NCBI RefSeq assembly: GCF_024502345.1
Contig: NZ_JALDNN010000001.1
DNA length: 64,000 bases
Direction: 5' to 3' (one strand)
DNA from: Escherichia coli
GTDB taxonomy: Bacteria > Pseudomonadota > Gammaproteobacteria > Enterobacterales > Enterobacteriaceae
The position numbers were made by a program, and so were the translations under genes. Within the stretch, counting starts at the first letter, position 1. Each line of letters opens with the position of its first letter. The notes below the pieces were generated by a model. The model was not told where the DNA came from. It saw nothing but the letters and a program-made list of their open reading frames with translations, and searched no databases. This document shows, in pieces, positions 18,496 to 33,690 of the stretch.

Positions 18496-19452
18496 TTAGT
18501 ACTCGATCCATGGTTCGCGCTTGCTTTCAGGCAAGGGCTGATCTAATGCCTGCATTTGCTCTGCCGAAAGTCCGGTATATCGTTGTATCCATTCAGGATC
18601 GGCCCCATTCTGCAACAACAATCGGAGGAGGCTCCGTTCCCCTTCTACTTTCCCTTCTTTCCTCCCCCTCTCCCTTCCCAACAGCCATCCATCATTATGA
18701 ATTCGCTCTGCAATTGTCATTATTCGCTCCCTGTGGTGTGGCATTCGCCTGGTAAGTTCGCTGATAAACGCCTTAAAACGCGCTTCATCGCCAGTCAGTA
18801 AAATGTAATTTAACAGCGCAGTTATCTGGCTGTCATTAGCACACTCTGTAACCAGTAATACTACCAGTTGGTCAATAAGCCCCATCAGATCGCGCTGGCG
18901 AATATGCTTTTGGATCAACTCCAACAGGGCGACTCTGCGATGCTGCACAATCTCGTCGTCTGGCACGACAGTGACATCCACCAGCGGGAACGCTGCGGTA
19001 TAAAGTTTCCGTGCGGTAGTCGGGGCGGCAAATTCGTCCAGCCAGCACAGGGACCAGGGGTAAGGACTACGGCTACCGTGATAAAACAGCATCGGGATAA
19101 CCAGCGGTAGCGGCCGGCGTTTATCATGCTCGATATGGCGCTGCATCACCGCCATGGAATATCGCATCAGGCGAAACGCCATATGAATATCCTCACGGCT
19201 CTGATGTTCAATCACCACATAGATATAGCCATCACCTTCACGGGTCTTTACCGACCACAGAATATCGGAGTGTAGCGCCCGCAATTTTTCATCGACAAAG
19301 CTGGCTGACTCCAGTTTTAAGCTGTCGAGATCGCACAGTTCACGTAAATCTTTGGGTAAGTGGATCTCCATAAAATCCCGCGCGGTGTCAGGGTGCGTGA
19401 GAAAGGACTTAAATAATGCGTCATGCGGCGTGCTGGTCGTGAAGTTTGTCAT
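18496..19452 (-). CDS. rpnD: Rpn-family recombination-promoting nuclease / PD-(D/E)xK transposase-like protein (apparently intact)
   Basis: 318 aa; N-terminus [24 protein letters not shown] typical of Rpn (YhgA-like) proteins; position matches the yjiP/yjiQ locus, which I recall as a split pseudogene in K-12. Confidence 0.75.
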   Translation of the reverse strand: MTNFTTSTPHDALFKSFLTHPDTARDFMEIHLPKDLRELCDLDSLKLESASFVDEKLRALHSDILWSVKTREGDGYIYVVIEHQSREDIHMAFRLMRYSMAVMQRHIEHDKRRPLPLVIPMLFYHGSRSPYPWSLCWLDEFAAPTTARKLYTAAFPLVDVTVVPDDEIVQHRRVALLELIQKHIRQRDLMGLIDQLVVLLVTECANDSQITALLNYILLTGDEARFKAFISELTRRMPHHRERIMTIAERIHNDGWLLGRERGRKEGKVEGERSLLRLLLQNGADPEWIQRYTGLSAEQMQALDQPLPESKREPWIEY

Positions 19453-19918
19453 GGCGATCCGTCACCTGTAGATAAGATGGCCCGACTTTAGCGACTAACA
19501 AAATCATTCTCACCCGGCAATTTCCCGTTCCCCGAGGCGCTTTCCAGGCTATTTTTGTTCATCTGCAAACGATACATTTTTCCGGAAACAGGCTCGCGTT
19601 TTACATTTCCTGTACCCGGCAGATATTCCCCTTTCCACCGCGCTCTTTTGATTAACCGCAAATTTTAATTACACTTAAGGTGTATATTTTCTATGCAACC
19701 CATCAATTCAAGAGGTGTAATGTGCTGATGACTATTTGTAATCGTTATACATTCTGACCCGAAGTCAGAAGGTATTTCTCTGTCTGTGTGTTCACAGGCA
19801 GTGTGGTTGATTACATGAAATTCAGTACATTTGTCCTTCTCGCCTGCCTTTCGTCATTACCGACGGTATTGAATTTCGTTTTCCCCGTTGGGGTTCTCCG
19901 GACAAGGAGTTGTTTGTT

Positions 19919-21151
19919 ATGCCACGTTTTTTTGCCCGCCATGCCGCTACGCTGTTTTTCCCGATGGCGTTGATTTTGTATGATTTTGCCGCGTACCTGT
20001 CGACGGACCTGATTCAGCCGGGGATCATTAATGTGGTCCGTGATTTTAATGCCGATGTCAGTCTGGCCCCTGCTGCCGTCAGTCTCTATCTCGCTGGCGG
20101 TATGGCGTTACAGTGGCTGCTGGGGCCGCTTTCCGACAGGATTGGCCGCAGGCCAGTGCTGATTACCGGGGCGCTCATTTTTACCCTTGCCTGCGCTGCG
20201 ACAATGTTCACAACGTCTATGACACAGTTTCTTATCGCGCGTGCAATTCAGGGCACCAGTATCTGTTTTATTGCTACCGTTGGTTATGTCACGGTGCAGG
20301 AGGCGTTCGGACAGACAAAAGGGATCAAGTTGATGGCGATTATCACCTCCATCGTACTGATTGCGCCGATTATTGGCCCGCTTTCCGGCGCAGCTCTGAT
20401 GCACTTTGTGCACTGGAAAGTCCTTTTTGCCATCATTGCGGTTATGGGTTTTATCTCATTTGTTGGCTTACTGCTGGCGATGCCAGAGACGGTGAAGCGC
20501 GGCGCGGTTCCATTTAGCGCCAAAAGCGTCTTGCGCGATTTTCGTAATGTCTTTTGCAATCGGCTGTTCCTCTTTGGTGCAGCAACCATCTCTTTAAGCT
20601 ATATCCCCATGATGAGTTGGGTGGCTGTCTCGCCGGTGATCCTGATTGACGCAGGCGGCTTAACGACCTCGCAGTTCGCCTGGACACAGGTTCCGGTGTT
20701 CGGCGCGGTGATTGTCGCGAATGCCATCGTGGCGCGTTTCGTTAAAGATCCGACCGAACCGCGCTTTATCTGGCGTGCTGTACCCATTCAACTGGTCGGC
20801 CTCGCGCTGTTGATTATCGGCAATCTGCTGTCACCGCACGTCTGGCTGTGGTCGGTGCTGGGCACCAGTCTGTATGCTTTCGGGATTGGTTTGATCTTCC
20901 CGACCTTATTCCGCTTTACGCTTTTTTCCAATAACTTACCGAAAGGGACCGTCTCCGCATCGCTGAATATGGTGATCCTGATGGTGATGTCTGTCTCGGT
21001 CGAAATTGGCCGCTGGCTGTGGTTTAACGGCGGTCGCTTGCCGTTTCATCTGTTAGCCGTTGTGGCAGGCGTTATCGTCGTTTTCACCCTGGCCGGATTG
21101 CTTAATCGCGTGCGCCAACATCAGGCTGCCGAGCTGGCGGAGGAGCGGTGA
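19919..21151 (+). CDS. mdtM: MFS multidrug efflux transporter MdtM
   Basis: Track ORF 19910..21151; 12-TM MFS-like protein starting [23 protein letters not shown]; synteny. Confidence 0.9.
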   Translation: MPRFFARHAATLFFPMALILYDFAAYLSTDLIQPGIINVVRDFNADVSLAPAAVSLYLAGGMALQWLLGPLSDRIGRRPVLITGALIFTLACAATMFTTSMTQFLIARAIQGTSICFIATVGYVTVQEAFGQTKGIKLMAIITSIVLIAPIIGPLSGAALMHFVHWKVLFAIIAVMGFISFVGLLLAMPETVKRGAVPFSAKSVLRDFRNVFCNRLFLFGAATISLSYIPMMSWVAVSPVILIDAGGLTTSQFAWTQVPVFGAVIVANAIVARFVKDPTEPRFIWRAVPIQLVGLALLIIGNLLSPHVWLWSVLGTSLYAFGIGLIFPTLFRFTLFSNNLPKGTVSASLNMVILMVMSVSVEIGRWLWFNGGRLPFHLLAVVAGVIVVFTLAGLLNRVRQHQAAELAEER

Positions 21152-21191
21152 TTTTTGCGCGATCCTGCCGTCAGGCTCTATTCTTAACGTT

Positions 21192-22472
21192 ATGAATAAA
21201 CTCATTGAACTCAGACGCGCCAAAATGTTGGCGCTCTCTTTACTGCTTATCGCCGCTGCGACCTTTGTCGTTACGCTGTTTTTGCCGCCCAATTTTTGGG
21301 TGAGCGGCGTGAAGGCGATTGCCGAAGCGGCGATGGTCGGCGCGCTGGCGGACTGGTTTGCGGTGGTGGCGCTGTTTCGCCGCGTGCCGATCCCGATCAT
21401 TTCTCGCCATACGGCGATTATCCCGCGTAATAAAGACCGGATTGGCGAAAATCTCGGCCAGTTCGTGCAGGAAAAATTTCTTGATACTCAATCTCTGGTG
21501 GCATTGATTCGACGCCACGAACCGGCGTTGTTGATTGGCAACTGGTTTAGTCAGCCAGAAAACGCCCGCCGCGTTGGTCAGCATCTGTTGCAGATCATGA
21601 GCGGTTTTCTCGAATTAACTGATGATGCGCGTATTCAGCGCCTGCTTAAGCGCGCAGTCCATCGGGCGATTGATAAGGTCGATCTTTCCGGCACCAGTGC
21701 GTTGATGCTGGAGAGTATGACCAAAAACGATCGTCATCAGGTGCTGCTGGATACGCTGATCGCACAGTTGATCGCCCTTCTCCAGCGCGATAAATCGCGC
21801 AAGTTTATTGCCCAGCAAATTGTTCGCTGGCTGGAGAGCGAGCATCCGCTGAAAGCCAAAATTCTCCCCACCGAATGGTTGGGCGAACATAGCGCGGAGT
21901 TGGTTTCTGACGCGGTGAATTCTTTGCTTGATGATATCAGCCGCGATCGTGCGCATCAGATCCGCCATGCGTTTGATCGCGCCACTTTTGCCCTGATCGA
22001 CAAGCTGAAAAACGATCCGGAAATGGCAGCGCGAGCCGATGCCGTAAAAAGTTATCTGAAAGAAGATGAAGCTTTTAACCGCTATCTCAGTGAATTGTGG
22101 GGGGATTTACGGGAATGGCTGAAAGCGGATATCGACAGTGAAGATTCTCGTGTGAAAGAACGTATCGCGCGGGCGGGTCAATGGTTTGGCGAAACGTTAA
22201 TTGCCGATGATGCCTTGCGGGCGTCGTTAAATGGTCACCTGGAACAAGCCGCGCACCGCGTCGCGCCTGAGTTTTCTGCATTCCTGACGCGCCATATCAG
22301 CGATACGGTAAAAAGCTGGGATGCGCAGGATATGTCGCGGCAAATCGAGTTAAATATCGGCAAAGATCTGCAGTTTATCCGTGTCAACGGTACGCTGGTT
22401 GGCGGTTGTATTGGGCTAATTTTGTATTTGCTGTCGCAGCTCCCGGCCTTGTTCCCCCTCGGCAATTTTTAG
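21192..22472 (+). CDS. yjiN: DUF445-family membrane-associated protein YjiN
   Basis: Track ORF 21060..22472; probable start at [15 protein letters not shown] (426 aa); synteny. Confidence 0.8.
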   Translation: MNKLIELRRAKMLALSLLLIAAATFVVTLFLPPNFWVSGVKAIAEAAMVGALADWFAVVALFRRVPIPIISRHTAIIPRNKDRIGENLGQFVQEKFLDTQSLVALIRRHEPALLIGNWFSQPENARRVGQHLLQIMSGFLELTDDARIQRLLKRAVHRAIDKVDLSGTSALMLESMTKNDRHQVLLDTLIAQLIALLQRDKSRKFIAQQIVRWLESEHPLKAKILPTEWLGEHSAELVSDAVNSLLDDISRDRAHQIRHAFDRATFALIDKLKNDPEMAARADAVKSYLKEDEAFNRYLSELWGDLREWLKADIDSEDSRVKERIARAGQWFGETLIADDALRASLNGHLEQAAHRVAPEFSAFLTRHISDTVKSWDAQDMSRQIELNIGKDLQFIRVNGTLVGGCIGLILYLLSQLPALFPLGNF

Positions 22473-22587
22473 AAATCCATGAAAAACTAAGTGGCTAACC
22501 GCGAGAGAGATCAAATAAACCATACTAAAAGAATGGTAATAATGTGGCCTCTTTTCATTATCTCCCGTGGTACGGGGAAGGAAAATC

Positions 22588-25695
<3,108 letters not shown>

Positions 25696-25762
25696 CAGAC
25701 TGGCATATTTCACCTTTTTGTTATTAACTTGTTAACAACAAAAATGACATACAAGGTTAAAC

Positions 25763-26941
25763 ATGCCTTCGTCCTCGCATCCCGTAGAACGCTTTTCTTT
25801 CAGCACCGCGCTTTTCGGGATGCTGGTTCTGACCTTAGGTATGGGATTAGGTCGCTTCCTTTATACGCCTATGTTGCCCGTCATGATGGCGGAAGGGGCG
25901 TTTTCATTTAGCCAGCTCTCGTGGATTGCCAGCGGCAACTATGCGGGGTATCTGGCTGGCAGTCTGCTATTTTCGTTTGGCGCATTTCACCAGCCGTCGC
26001 GCCTGCGCCCATTTCTGTTGGTTTCTGCCCTGGCGAGCGGGTTGTTGATCCTCGCAATGGCATGGTTGCCGCCATTTATTCTGGTGTTATTGATTCGCTT
26101 CCTGGCGGGTGTCGCCAGCGCCGGTATGCTGATTTTTGGTTCGACGCTGATTATGCAGCACACGCGCCATCCTTTTGTGCTGGCAGCTTTGTTTTCTGGC
26201 GTTGGCATTGGCATTGCACTGGGCAACGAATATGTTCTGGCAGGCCTGCATTTTGCCTTCTCCTCGCAAACGTTATGGCAAGGCGCCGGGGCGCTTTCTG
26301 GCATGATGCTGATTGCACTTACGCTTTTAATGCCCTCGAAAAAACACGCCATCGCACCAATGCCATTGGCAAAAACGGAGCAACAGATAATGAACTGGTG
26401 GTTACTGGCTATTCTGTACGGCCTGGCGGGATTTGGTTATATCATCGTCGCGACTTTCCTGCCGCTCATGGCGAAAGATGCAGGCTCACCATTGTTAACC
26501 GCCCATCTCTGGACGTTAGTCGGCTTATCAATTGTGCCAGGCTGCTTTGGCTGGCTATGGGCAGCAAAACGTTGGGGGGCTTTGCCTTGCCTGACGGCGA
26601 ATTTGCTGGTGCAGGCTATCAGTGTGCTGCTTACTCTCGCCAGCGACTCTCCTCTCTTGCTTATCATTAGTAGTATCGGTTTTGGCGGTACCTTTATGGG
26701 CACGACATCTCTGGTGATGACTATCGCCCGCCAACTGAGCGTTCCGGGAAATCTCAATCTTTTAGGCTTTGTGACGCTCATTTACGGCATTGGACAAATC
26801 CTCGGCCCGGCGCTGACCAGTATGCTCGGCAATGGAACATCGGCGCTTGCCGGCGCCACTCTCTGCGGCGCGGCGGCGTTGTTTATTGCTGCGCTTATCA
26901 GCACAGTACAATTATTTAAGCTGCAAGTGGTCACTTCATGA
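25763..26941 (+). CDS. yjiJ: MFS transporter YjiJ
   Basis: 392-aa polytopic membrane protein; synteny. Confidence 0.85.
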   Translation: MPSSSHPVERFSFSTALFGMLVLTLGMGLGRFLYTPMLPVMMAEGAFSFSQLSWIASGNYAGYLAGSLLFSFGAFHQPSRLRPFLLVSALASGLLILAMAWLPPFILVLLIRFLAGVASAGMLIFGSTLIMQHTRHPFVLAALFSGVGIGIALGNEYVLAGLHFAFSSQTLWQGAGALSGMMLIALTLLMPSKKHAIAPMPLAKTEQQIMNWWLLAILYGLAGFGYIIVATFLPLMAKDAGSPLLTAHLWTLVGLSIVPGCFGWLWAAKRWGALPCLTANLLVQAISVLLTLASDSPLLLIISSIGFGGTFMGTTSLVMTIARQLSVPGNLNLLGFVTLIYGIGQILGPALTSMLGNGTSALAGATLCGAAALFIAALISTVQLFKLQVVTS

Positions 26942-26953
26942 GGAGTGTTTCCC

Positions 26954-27508
26954 TTACCACTCAAGAAATTCGACCGCAACCGTTGATGTCAGCCAGACTC
27001 CGTTTTCCGCTTGCCAGAAAGGGATGCCTCGTTTCGCCATTTCCTGTGCTTTGACGGTTAAGATAACCGGCGATCCGTGTCTTGCTCCTACTTTGCGTGC
27101 CGTTGCTTCATCAGCAGAGAGATGCACGTAATGACGCTCCCCTGCAATCAGCCCCTGTTTTTTTATCTCGTCAAGGAAACGGCTTGCCGTACCGTGGTAG
27201 AGAAACTGTGGCGGTGTTTTTTCGGCAAAGGAAATGGCGACCTGCGAAGTCGAATGCCCCTGAACCGCGCGGATGCACCTACCATCACTGGAATAACTAA
27301 AACGTTTTTTATCACTGGTAGCGACCACGGTATCCAGCAATGCACGGGTTAACCGCTTGCCCGCTTTTTGGGCACAGAGTATAAGCTTATCGATATCCGC
27401 CCATCCTTCACGGTCAAGTACGATACCAATCGCCTCCGGTTTGTGTCGGAGGACAAAACTTAAAAACTTGCTCGTATCCGCCAGCTCTTTTTCGTTGTAC
27501 TTTGCCAT
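26954..27508 (-). CDS. kptA: RNA 2'-phosphotransferase (Tpt1 family)
   Basis: Track ORF 26954..27610; likely start at [25 protein letters not shown] (184 aa); Tpt1-like KFLSFVLRH and HGTS motifs. Confidence 0.85.
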   Translation of the reverse strand: MAKYNEKELADTSKFLSFVLRHKPEAIGIVLDREGWADIDKLILCAQKAGKRLTRALLDTVVATSDKKRFSYSSDGRCIRAVQGHSTSQVAISFAEKTPPQFLYHGTASRFLDEIKKQGLIAGERHYVHLSADEATARKVGARHGSPVILTVKAQEMAKRGIPFWQAENGVWLTSTVAVEFLEW

Positions 27509-27757
27509 CTCGTTTTCGTCCCTGGATTTTCTGTTTTTATTTACTGATGTCATTGTCACTGGGTTTATGAATTTTCTGCAACTCAATCCTGCGCAGAGCC
27601 TTTTCCACACAGCATAATTTTTCCGCTATGCAAAAAACGCATAGCCAGAAACATACTTGCATTTTCCCCATACCCACATGGCTGATAAGGTTTTTCCGCT
27701 CCAGGAATTTTCCTGGCTCAAGCAACACACAAACACAAAAAAACAATGGGGATTGTT

Positions 27758-28441
27758 ATGACACAACAAGGGGATGCTGTAGCCGGGGAGCTGGCGACAG
27801 AAAAAGTGGGCATTAAAGGGTATCTGGCTTTTTTTCTCACCATAATCTTTTTTTCCGGTGTTTTTTCCGGAACAGACAGCTGGTGGCGCGTTTTTGATTT
27901 TTCCGTTCTGAACGGATCGTTTGGGCAACTGCCTGGTGCGAACGGAGCCACCACCTCATTTCGCGGGGCGGGTGGCGCGGGGGCTAAAGATGGCTTTCTC
28001 TTTGCGCTGGAGCTGGCACCGTCAGTCATTCTCTCTCTGGGGATTATTTCAATTACCGATGGTCTTGGTGGATTACGCGCCGCGCAGCAGTTAATGACGC
28101 CTGTGCTAAAACCGTTGTTGGGCATTCCAGGGATCTGCTCGCTGGCGCTGATCGCTAACCTGCAAAACACTGATGCCGCCGCCGGTATGACCAAAGAGCT
28201 GGCGCAGGAAGGGGAAATTACCGAACGCGATAAAGTGATTTTCGCCGCATATCAAACCAGCGGTAGCGCCATCATCACCAACTACTTCTCTTCCGGCGTC
28301 GCGGTGTTTGCCTTTCTGGGCACGTCCGTAATCGTACCTTTAGCCGTCATCCTGGTGTTTAAATTTGTCGGAGCCAACATTTTGCGCGTCTGGCTTAACT
28401 TCGAAGAACGTCGCAACCCAACGCAAGGAGCGCAAGCATGA
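27758..28441 (+). CDS. yjiH: Nucleoside-recognition-domain membrane protein YjiH
   Basis: Track ORF 27746..28441; paired with yjiG (4-nt overlap); membrane protein. Confidence 0.8.
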   Translation: MTQQGDAVAGELATEKVGIKGYLAFFLTIIFFSGVFSGTDSWWRVFDFSVLNGSFGQLPGANGATTSFRGAGGAGAKDGFLFALELAPSVILSLGIISITDGLGGLRAAQQLMTPVLKPLLGIPGICSLALIANLQNTDAAAGMTKELAQEGEITERDKVIFAAYQTSGSAIITNYFSSGVAVFAFLGTSVIVPLAVILVFKFVGANILRVWLNFEERRNPTQGAQA

Positions 28442-28899
28442 CAACTCAGGTCCGCAAAAATGTCATGGATATGTTTATCGATGGTGCGCGCCGTGGCTTT
28501 ACTATCGCCACGACCAACCTGCTGCCAAACGTGGTGATGGCGTTTGTCATCATTCAGGCGCTGAAAATTACCGGCCTGCTCGACTGGGTGGGGCATATCT
28601 GTGAACCCGTAATGGCGCTGTGGGGATTACCCGGTGAAGCGGCAACCGTCCTTTTAGCCGCATTAATGAGTATGGGCGGCGCAGTCGGTGTTGCCGCCAG
28701 TCTGGCGACCGCCGGCGCATTAACCGGTCACGATGTCACCGTTTTACTGCCCGCGATGTATTTAATGGGCAACCCGGTGCAAAATGTCGGTCGCTGCCTG
28801 GGGACAGCCGAAGTGAATGCCAAATATTACCCGCATATCATTACGGTCTGCGTGATTAACGCATTGCTGTCGATCTGGGTTATGCAGCTTATTGTTTAA
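28438..28899 (+). CDS. yjiG: SpmB-like membrane protein YjiG
   Basis: 153-aa membrane protein, start overlaps the yjiH stop. Confidence 0.85.
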   Translation: MTTQVRKNVMDMFIDGARRGFTIATTNLLPNVVMAFVIIQALKITGLLDWVGHICEPVMALWGLPGEAATVLLAALMSMGGAVGVAASLATAGALTGHDVTVLLPAMYLMGNPVQNVGRCLGTAEVNAKYYPHIITVCVINALLSIWVMQLIV

Positions 28900-28911
28900 C
28901 AAGGAGTTACC

Positions 28912-30084
28912 ATGATTGATTATACCGCAGCCGGTTTTACCCTGCTGCAGGGAGCGCATTTGTATGCGCCGGAAGATCGGGGAATTTGCGATGTCCTCGT
29001 CGCTAACGGCAAAATTATCGCCGTTGCCAGCAATATCCCTTCTGACATTGTACCGGACTGCACGGTTGTCGATCTCAGCGGGCAGATCCTCTGTCCTGGT
29101 TTTATTGATCAACACGTCCATTTGATTGGTGGTGGCGGCGAAGCAGGTCCCACGACGCGCACGCCAGAAGTGGCGCTAAGTCGCCTGACGGAAGCGGGCG
29201 TCACGTCAGTGGTTGGTCTGCTGGGCACCGACTCTATCTCTCGCCACCCGGAATCCCTGCTCGCCAAGACCCGTGCGCTCAATGAAGAAGGCATCAGCGC
29301 CTGGATGCTGACCGGCGCTTATCATGTCCCTTCCCGCACCATTACAGGTTCCGTGGAAAAAGACGTGGCGATTATCGATCGTGTGATTGGCGTGAAATGC
29401 GCCATCTCTGATCACCGTTCTGCCGCACCGGACGTTTATCACCTGGCTAATATGGCGGCGGAATCCCGCGTTGGCGGTTTGCTCGGCGGTAAACCTGGCG
29501 TCACCGTGTTCCACATGGGCGACAGCAAAAAGGCGTTACAGCCTGTCTATGACCTGCTGGAAAACTGCGATGTGCCGATCAGCAAGTTGCTGCCGACCCA
29601 CGTTAACCGCAACGTTCCGTTGTTTGAGCAGGCGCTGGAGTTCGCGCGCAAAGGCGGCACTATCGATATCACCAGCAGCATTGACGAACCGGTCGCCCCT
29701 GCCGAAGGTATTGCCCGCGCCGTTCAGGCGGGTATTCCGCTGGCACGCGTCACCCTCAGCTCCGACGGCAACGGTAGCCAGCCGTTCTTCGATGACGAAG
29801 GGAATTTAACCCATATCGGTGTTGCCGGTTTTGAAACGTTGCTGGAAACCGTGCAGGTGCTGGTCAAAGACTATGATTTCAGTATCAGCGATGCCCTGCG
29901 CCCGCTCACCAGTAGCGTAGCCGGTTTCCTTAACCTGACCGGGAAAGGCGAAATTCTGCCAGGCAATGATGCTGACTTGCTGGTCATGACGCCAGAACTG
30001 CGCATTGAGCAGGTATACGCTCGCGGCAAACTGATGGTCAAAGACGGCAAAGCCTGCGTGAAAGGAACGTTTGAAACGGCTTAA
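28912..30084 (+). CDS. iadA: Isoaspartyl dipeptidase
   Basis: 390 aa; amidohydrolase metal-binding motifs (GFIDQHVHLIGGGGE). Confidence 0.9.
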   Translation: MIDYTAAGFTLLQGAHLYAPEDRGICDVLVANGKIIAVASNIPSDIVPDCTVVDLSGQILCPGFIDQHVHLIGGGGEAGPTTRTPEVALSRLTEAGVTSVVGLLGTDSISRHPESLLAKTRALNEEGISAWMLTGAYHVPSRTITGSVEKDVAIIDRVIGVKCAISDHRSAAPDVYHLANMAAESRVGGLLGGKPGVTVFHMGDSKKALQPVYDLLENCDVPISKLLPTHVNRNVPLFEQALEFARKGGTIDITSSIDEPVAPAEGIARAVQAGIPLARVTLSSDGNGSQPFFDDEGNLTHIGVAGFETLLETVQVLVKDYDFSISDALRPLTSSVAGFLNLTGKGEILPGNDADLLVMTPELRIEQVYARGKLMVKDGKACVKGTFETA

Positions 30085-30148
30085 ACGGTTGTCAGCCGCC
30101 CGAATGGACGTAGAATGCCCGCAAGGGCGGCTGACAGAGTAAAACGTA

Positions 30149-31060
30149 ATGGATGACTGTGGTGCGATTTTGCATAATATTGAAACCAAATGGCTTTATG
30201 ATTTTCTGACCCTGGAAAAATGCCGCAATTTTTCCCAGGCGGCAGTCAGTCGCAACGTCTCGCAACCGGCATTCAGCCGCCGCATCCGTGCGCTGGAACA
30301 GGCGATTGGTGTTGAATTGTTTAACCGCCAGGTAACGCCGCTGCAACTCTCAGAACAAGGGAAAATCTTCCATTCGCAGATCCGCCATCTGTTGCAACAG
30401 TTAGAGAGCAATCTGGCAGAGCTGCGTGGCGGCAGCGATTACGCGCAACGAAAAATCAAGATAGCCGCTGCACACTCTCTTTCCCTCGGGCTGTTACCGT
30501 CCATTATCAGCCAGATGCCGCCGCTCTTTACCTGGGCAATTGAAGCTATTGATGTCGATGAAGCGGTCGATAAACTGCGTGAAGGGCAAAGTGACTGTAT
30601 TTTTTCCTTTCACGACGAAGATTTGCTGGAAGCGCCGTTTGACCACATTCGCTTATTTGAATCTCAATTGTTCCCTGTCTGCGCCAGTGACGAACACGGA
30701 GAAGCACTTTTTAACCTCGCGCAGCCACACTTTCCGTTACTGAATTACAGCCGCAACTCCTACATGGGGCGATTGATTAATCGCACCCTGACGCGCCACA
30801 GTGAGTTAAGTTTCAGCACCTTTTTTGTCTCTTCGATGAGCGAGCTTTTAAAGCAGGTTGCCCTCGACGGCTGTGGGATTGCCTGGCTGCCGGAGTACGC
30901 CATCCAACAAGAAATTCGCAGCGGGAAGCTCGTTGTACTGAATCGGGACGAACTGGTGATCCCGATTCAGGCCTATGCATACCGAATGAATACCCGCATG
31001 AATCCAGTTGCCGAACGCTTCTGGCGTGAACTGCGCGAGCTGGAGATTGTGCTTAGCTGA
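30149..31060 (+). CDS. hypT: LysR-type transcriptional regulator HypT (YjiE)
   Basis: 303 aa; N-terminal LysR HTH ([31 protein letters not shown]). Confidence 0.9.
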   Translation: MDDCGAILHNIETKWLYDFLTLEKCRNFSQAAVSRNVSQPAFSRRIRALEQAIGVELFNRQVTPLQLSEQGKIFHSQIRHLLQQLESNLAELRGGSDYAQRKIKIAAAHSLSLGLLPSIISQMPPLFTWAIEAIDVDEAVDKLREGQSDCIFSFHDEDLLEAPFDHIRLFESQLFPVCASDEHGEALFNLAQPHFPLLNYSRNSYMGRLINRTLTRHSELSFSTFFVSSMSELLKQVALDGCGIAWLPEYAIQQEIRSGKLVVLNRDELVIPIQAYAYRMNTRMNPVAERFWRELRELEIVLS

Positions 31061-31445
31061 CATTCTCCAGCATCGCACTACACCAACCGCCATTATCCCA
31101 GACCAGATCAAACGTTAGCGGTTCACCGTCGTGGTACAGCATTATCTCAAGGCTGATCGCCAGAGTGTGGCAGTACGCTTCTTTAAAATTAACCTGCAAC
31201 GCCGCAATCCGTGGCTCATGAAATAACAGTGCAGAACGCAGCTGACGGCAATACCAGCTCTGGAGATGTTTGTCGCTCTGGTTATGCACTTGCCACTCTG
31301 GCATGCCTGAAACAAGTAATGACGGTAATGCCGAATGAGGAGAATTAAAAAGAGTGAGGATATCGCTGCATACCGATTTACGCAGCAATGACGTTTTATT
31401 GCCTGAAATTTCAGGTAAAACAGCCTGAAGTGATTGGCGCATCAT
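31053..31445 (-). CDS. iraD: Anti-adaptor protein IraD
   Basis: Track ORF 31053..31454; likely start at [15 protein letters not shown] (130 aa); convergent and overlapping with hypT. Confidence 0.85.
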   Translation of the reverse strand: MMRQSLQAVLPEISGNKTSLLRKSVCSDILTLFNSPHSALPSLLVSGMPEWQVHNQSDKHLQSWYCRQLRSALLFHEPRIAALQVNFKEAYCHTLAISLEIMLYHDGEPLTFDLVWDNGGWCSAMLENVS

Positions 31446-32117
31446 TTTGCGCACTCCTGACGTTTAGCAACATATGCGGCTTGCCCTGAACACCGGGCAC
31501 CACAGTATTGATGCTCATTTTCCATAGCCATTCCCTTTTGTTCATTACATCCATGTCAGTCTGAGACAGGCCTGAATCCTGTCAGCAAAGTATAAAACCT
31601 TACTTGCCTATGAATATCTACTGACTTTTCAGGAAAAAAGTCATGATTTGATAAAAATCATCAAACTCAAAAAAAAACCGCTAGTATATTCTGAATATTC
31701 CGAATAGTTACGTAGATGAAAATACTTGTCACCGCCGCTACTTAATTCCGGTGGAAAATTATTTATTTCCGCATAATCAGCCATGTATTATTTGAAACAA
31801 TTAGTTTGTAAATAATATAAATTGATAACATATCAAATACATCAAAAATACCATTCACAGGCATTATTAACATAGACCTCAATATAGCAACATCAAATTC
31901 CAATTAGTAATAAGATATGCTTTTTAATTGCATGCAAATAATTTTAAATGAGCGTTTTTTGATACTTTAGAGTGTTTCCCACCCTTTAATATCACCATGT
32001 AGAGTTGATATCACTACAACAGAAACATGCATGTCATTTGTTTACTTCTCTTTTTACTACAGAAAAATTTATCTATTTTTCTAAACATCAGTGAAATACT
32101 CATAAAAGGTAACTATT

Positions 32118-32291
32118 ATGTCTATGCCATTAAGCAATGCCCTTCAGAGTCAAATTATTACAGATGATCACTTCCTTCATCACCCAATAGTCGACAGTGA
32201 GTTAATACGTAAATATGAACGTACACGCCTGGATACGGAAAATATCTATCTTCTGCCTCTTGTTCGTGGCAATAACGGCTTTGTTGAATAA
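32118..32291 (+). pseudogene. Short ORF abutting the IS903-like element; possible 5' fragment of yjiC
   Basis: 57-codon ORF (MSMPLSNALQSQIITDDHFLHHPIV...) running into the IS inverted repeat; identity as yjiC inferred from position only. Confidence 0.3.
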
Positions 32292-33333
32292 ATCAGATTT
32301 CGGGTAAGTCTCCCCCGTAGCGGGTTGTGTTTTCAGGCAATACGCACGCTTTCAGGCATACCTGCTTTCGTCATTTTGTTCAGCGCTCGTACCAGGGCCA
32401 TAGCCTCTGCAACCTGACCATCGTAGTCACGCAGTGTCAGTGAACCCCCGAACAGCTGTTTTACCCGGTACATCGCCGTTTCCGCTATCGAGCGACGGTT
32501 GTAATCTGTTGTCCATTTCCACCGCGCATTACTCCCGGTCATTCGCTGATTAGCCACTGCACGGTTACGGTCTGCATATTCACCGGGCCAGTAACCCGCA
32601 CCTTTTCGGGGAGGGATAAGCGCGCTGATTTTCTTACGCCGCAGTTCATCGTGACATAGCCGGGTATCGTAAGCGCCATCGGCGGCGGCTGACCTGATTT
32701 TCCGGTGGGTTTGCCGGATTAACCCGGGGAAGGCCTCTGAGTCCGTAACGTTGTTCAGCGACAGGTCAGCGCAGATGATTTCATGTGTTTTACTGTCAAC
32801 GGCGAGATGCAGCTTACGCCAGATACGGCGGCGTTCCTGGCCATGCTTTTTGACTTTCCACTCGCCTTCACCGAAGACCTTCAGCCCGGTGGAATCAATT
32901 ACCAGGTGTGCGATTTCACCCCGGGTGGGCGTTTTGAAACTGACATTAACCGACTTTGCCCGCCTGCTGACACAGCTGTAATCCGGGCAGCGTAGCGGAA
33001 CGTTCATCAGAGAAAAAATGGAATCAATAAAGCCCTGCGCAGCGCGCAGGGTCAGCCTGAATACGCGTTTAATGACCAGCACAGTCGTGATGGCAAGGTC
33101 AGAATAGCGCTGAGGTCTGCCTCGTGAAGAAGGTGTTGCTGACTCATACCAGGCCTGAATAGCTTCATCATCCAGCCAGAAAGTTATGGAGCCACGGTTG
33201 ATGAGGGCTTTATTGTAGGTGGGCCAGTTGGTGATTTTGAACTTTTGCTTTGCCACGGAACGGTCTGCGTTGTCGGGAAGATACGTGATCTGATCCTTCA
33301 ACTCAGCAAAAGTTCGATTTATTCAACAAAGCC
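32277..33333 (-). mobile_element. IS903-like insertion sequence (IS5 family), copy A, 1057 bp
   Basis: Terminal inverted repeats GGCTTTGTTGAATAAATC at both ends enclosing a 322-aa DDE transposase; no flanking 9-bp target duplication seen. Confidence 0.85.
32333..33301 (-). CDS. IS903-like (IS5-family) transposase
   Basis: 322-aa ORF identical to the one at 48576..49544; TTG start. Confidence 0.9.
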   Translation of the reverse strand: MKDQITYLPDNADRSVAKQKFKITNWPTYNKALINRGSITFWLDDEAIQAWYESATPSSRGRPQRYSDLAITTVLVIKRVFRLTLRAAQGFIDSIFSLMNVPLRCPDYSCVSRRAKSVNVSFKTPTRGEIAHLVIDSTGLKVFGEGEWKVKKHGQERRRIWRKLHLAVDSKTHEIICADLSLNNVTDSEAFPGLIRQTHRKIRSAAADGAYDTRLCHDELRRKKISALIPPRKGAGYWPGEYADRNRAVANQRMTGSNARWKWTTDYNRRSIAETAMYRVKQLFGGSLTLRDYDGQVAEAMALVRALNKMTKAGMPESVRIA

Positions 33334-33550
33334 CCTTGCCGCATTACTTAATGCTAATATTGAGTTGGGTAATGACCCAATAATTGGTATAGAAGCCTAT
33401 CCCGGTACCGCGGAGATCCATGCAAAAATGGGATATAAAGTTATCCCGGGTGATGAAAATGCACCACTCAAACGTATGACTCTGCAACCGTCATCTCTTC
33501 CAGAACTGTTTGAATTAAAAAATGGTGAATGGAATTATATTGGTAAATAA
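33334..33550 (+). pseudogene. 3' fragment of a gene disrupted by IS903-like copy A (possibly yjiC)
   Basis: Open frame continuing out of the IS right end (...PLAALLNANIELGNDPIIGIEAYPG...NGEWNYIGK*); position between iraD and uxuR. Confidence 0.3.
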
Positions 33551-33690
33551 CTACCAGGAACAATGAGTACTAATATTCAGGTTATACAGATATTTAAACA
33601 ATACCCTGCAATTTACAAAGTAATACTCATTGCGACTTCTTAATTTAAGAAAGCGCAAGGAACGTTTACCCTTGCGCTTATTATAATAAG

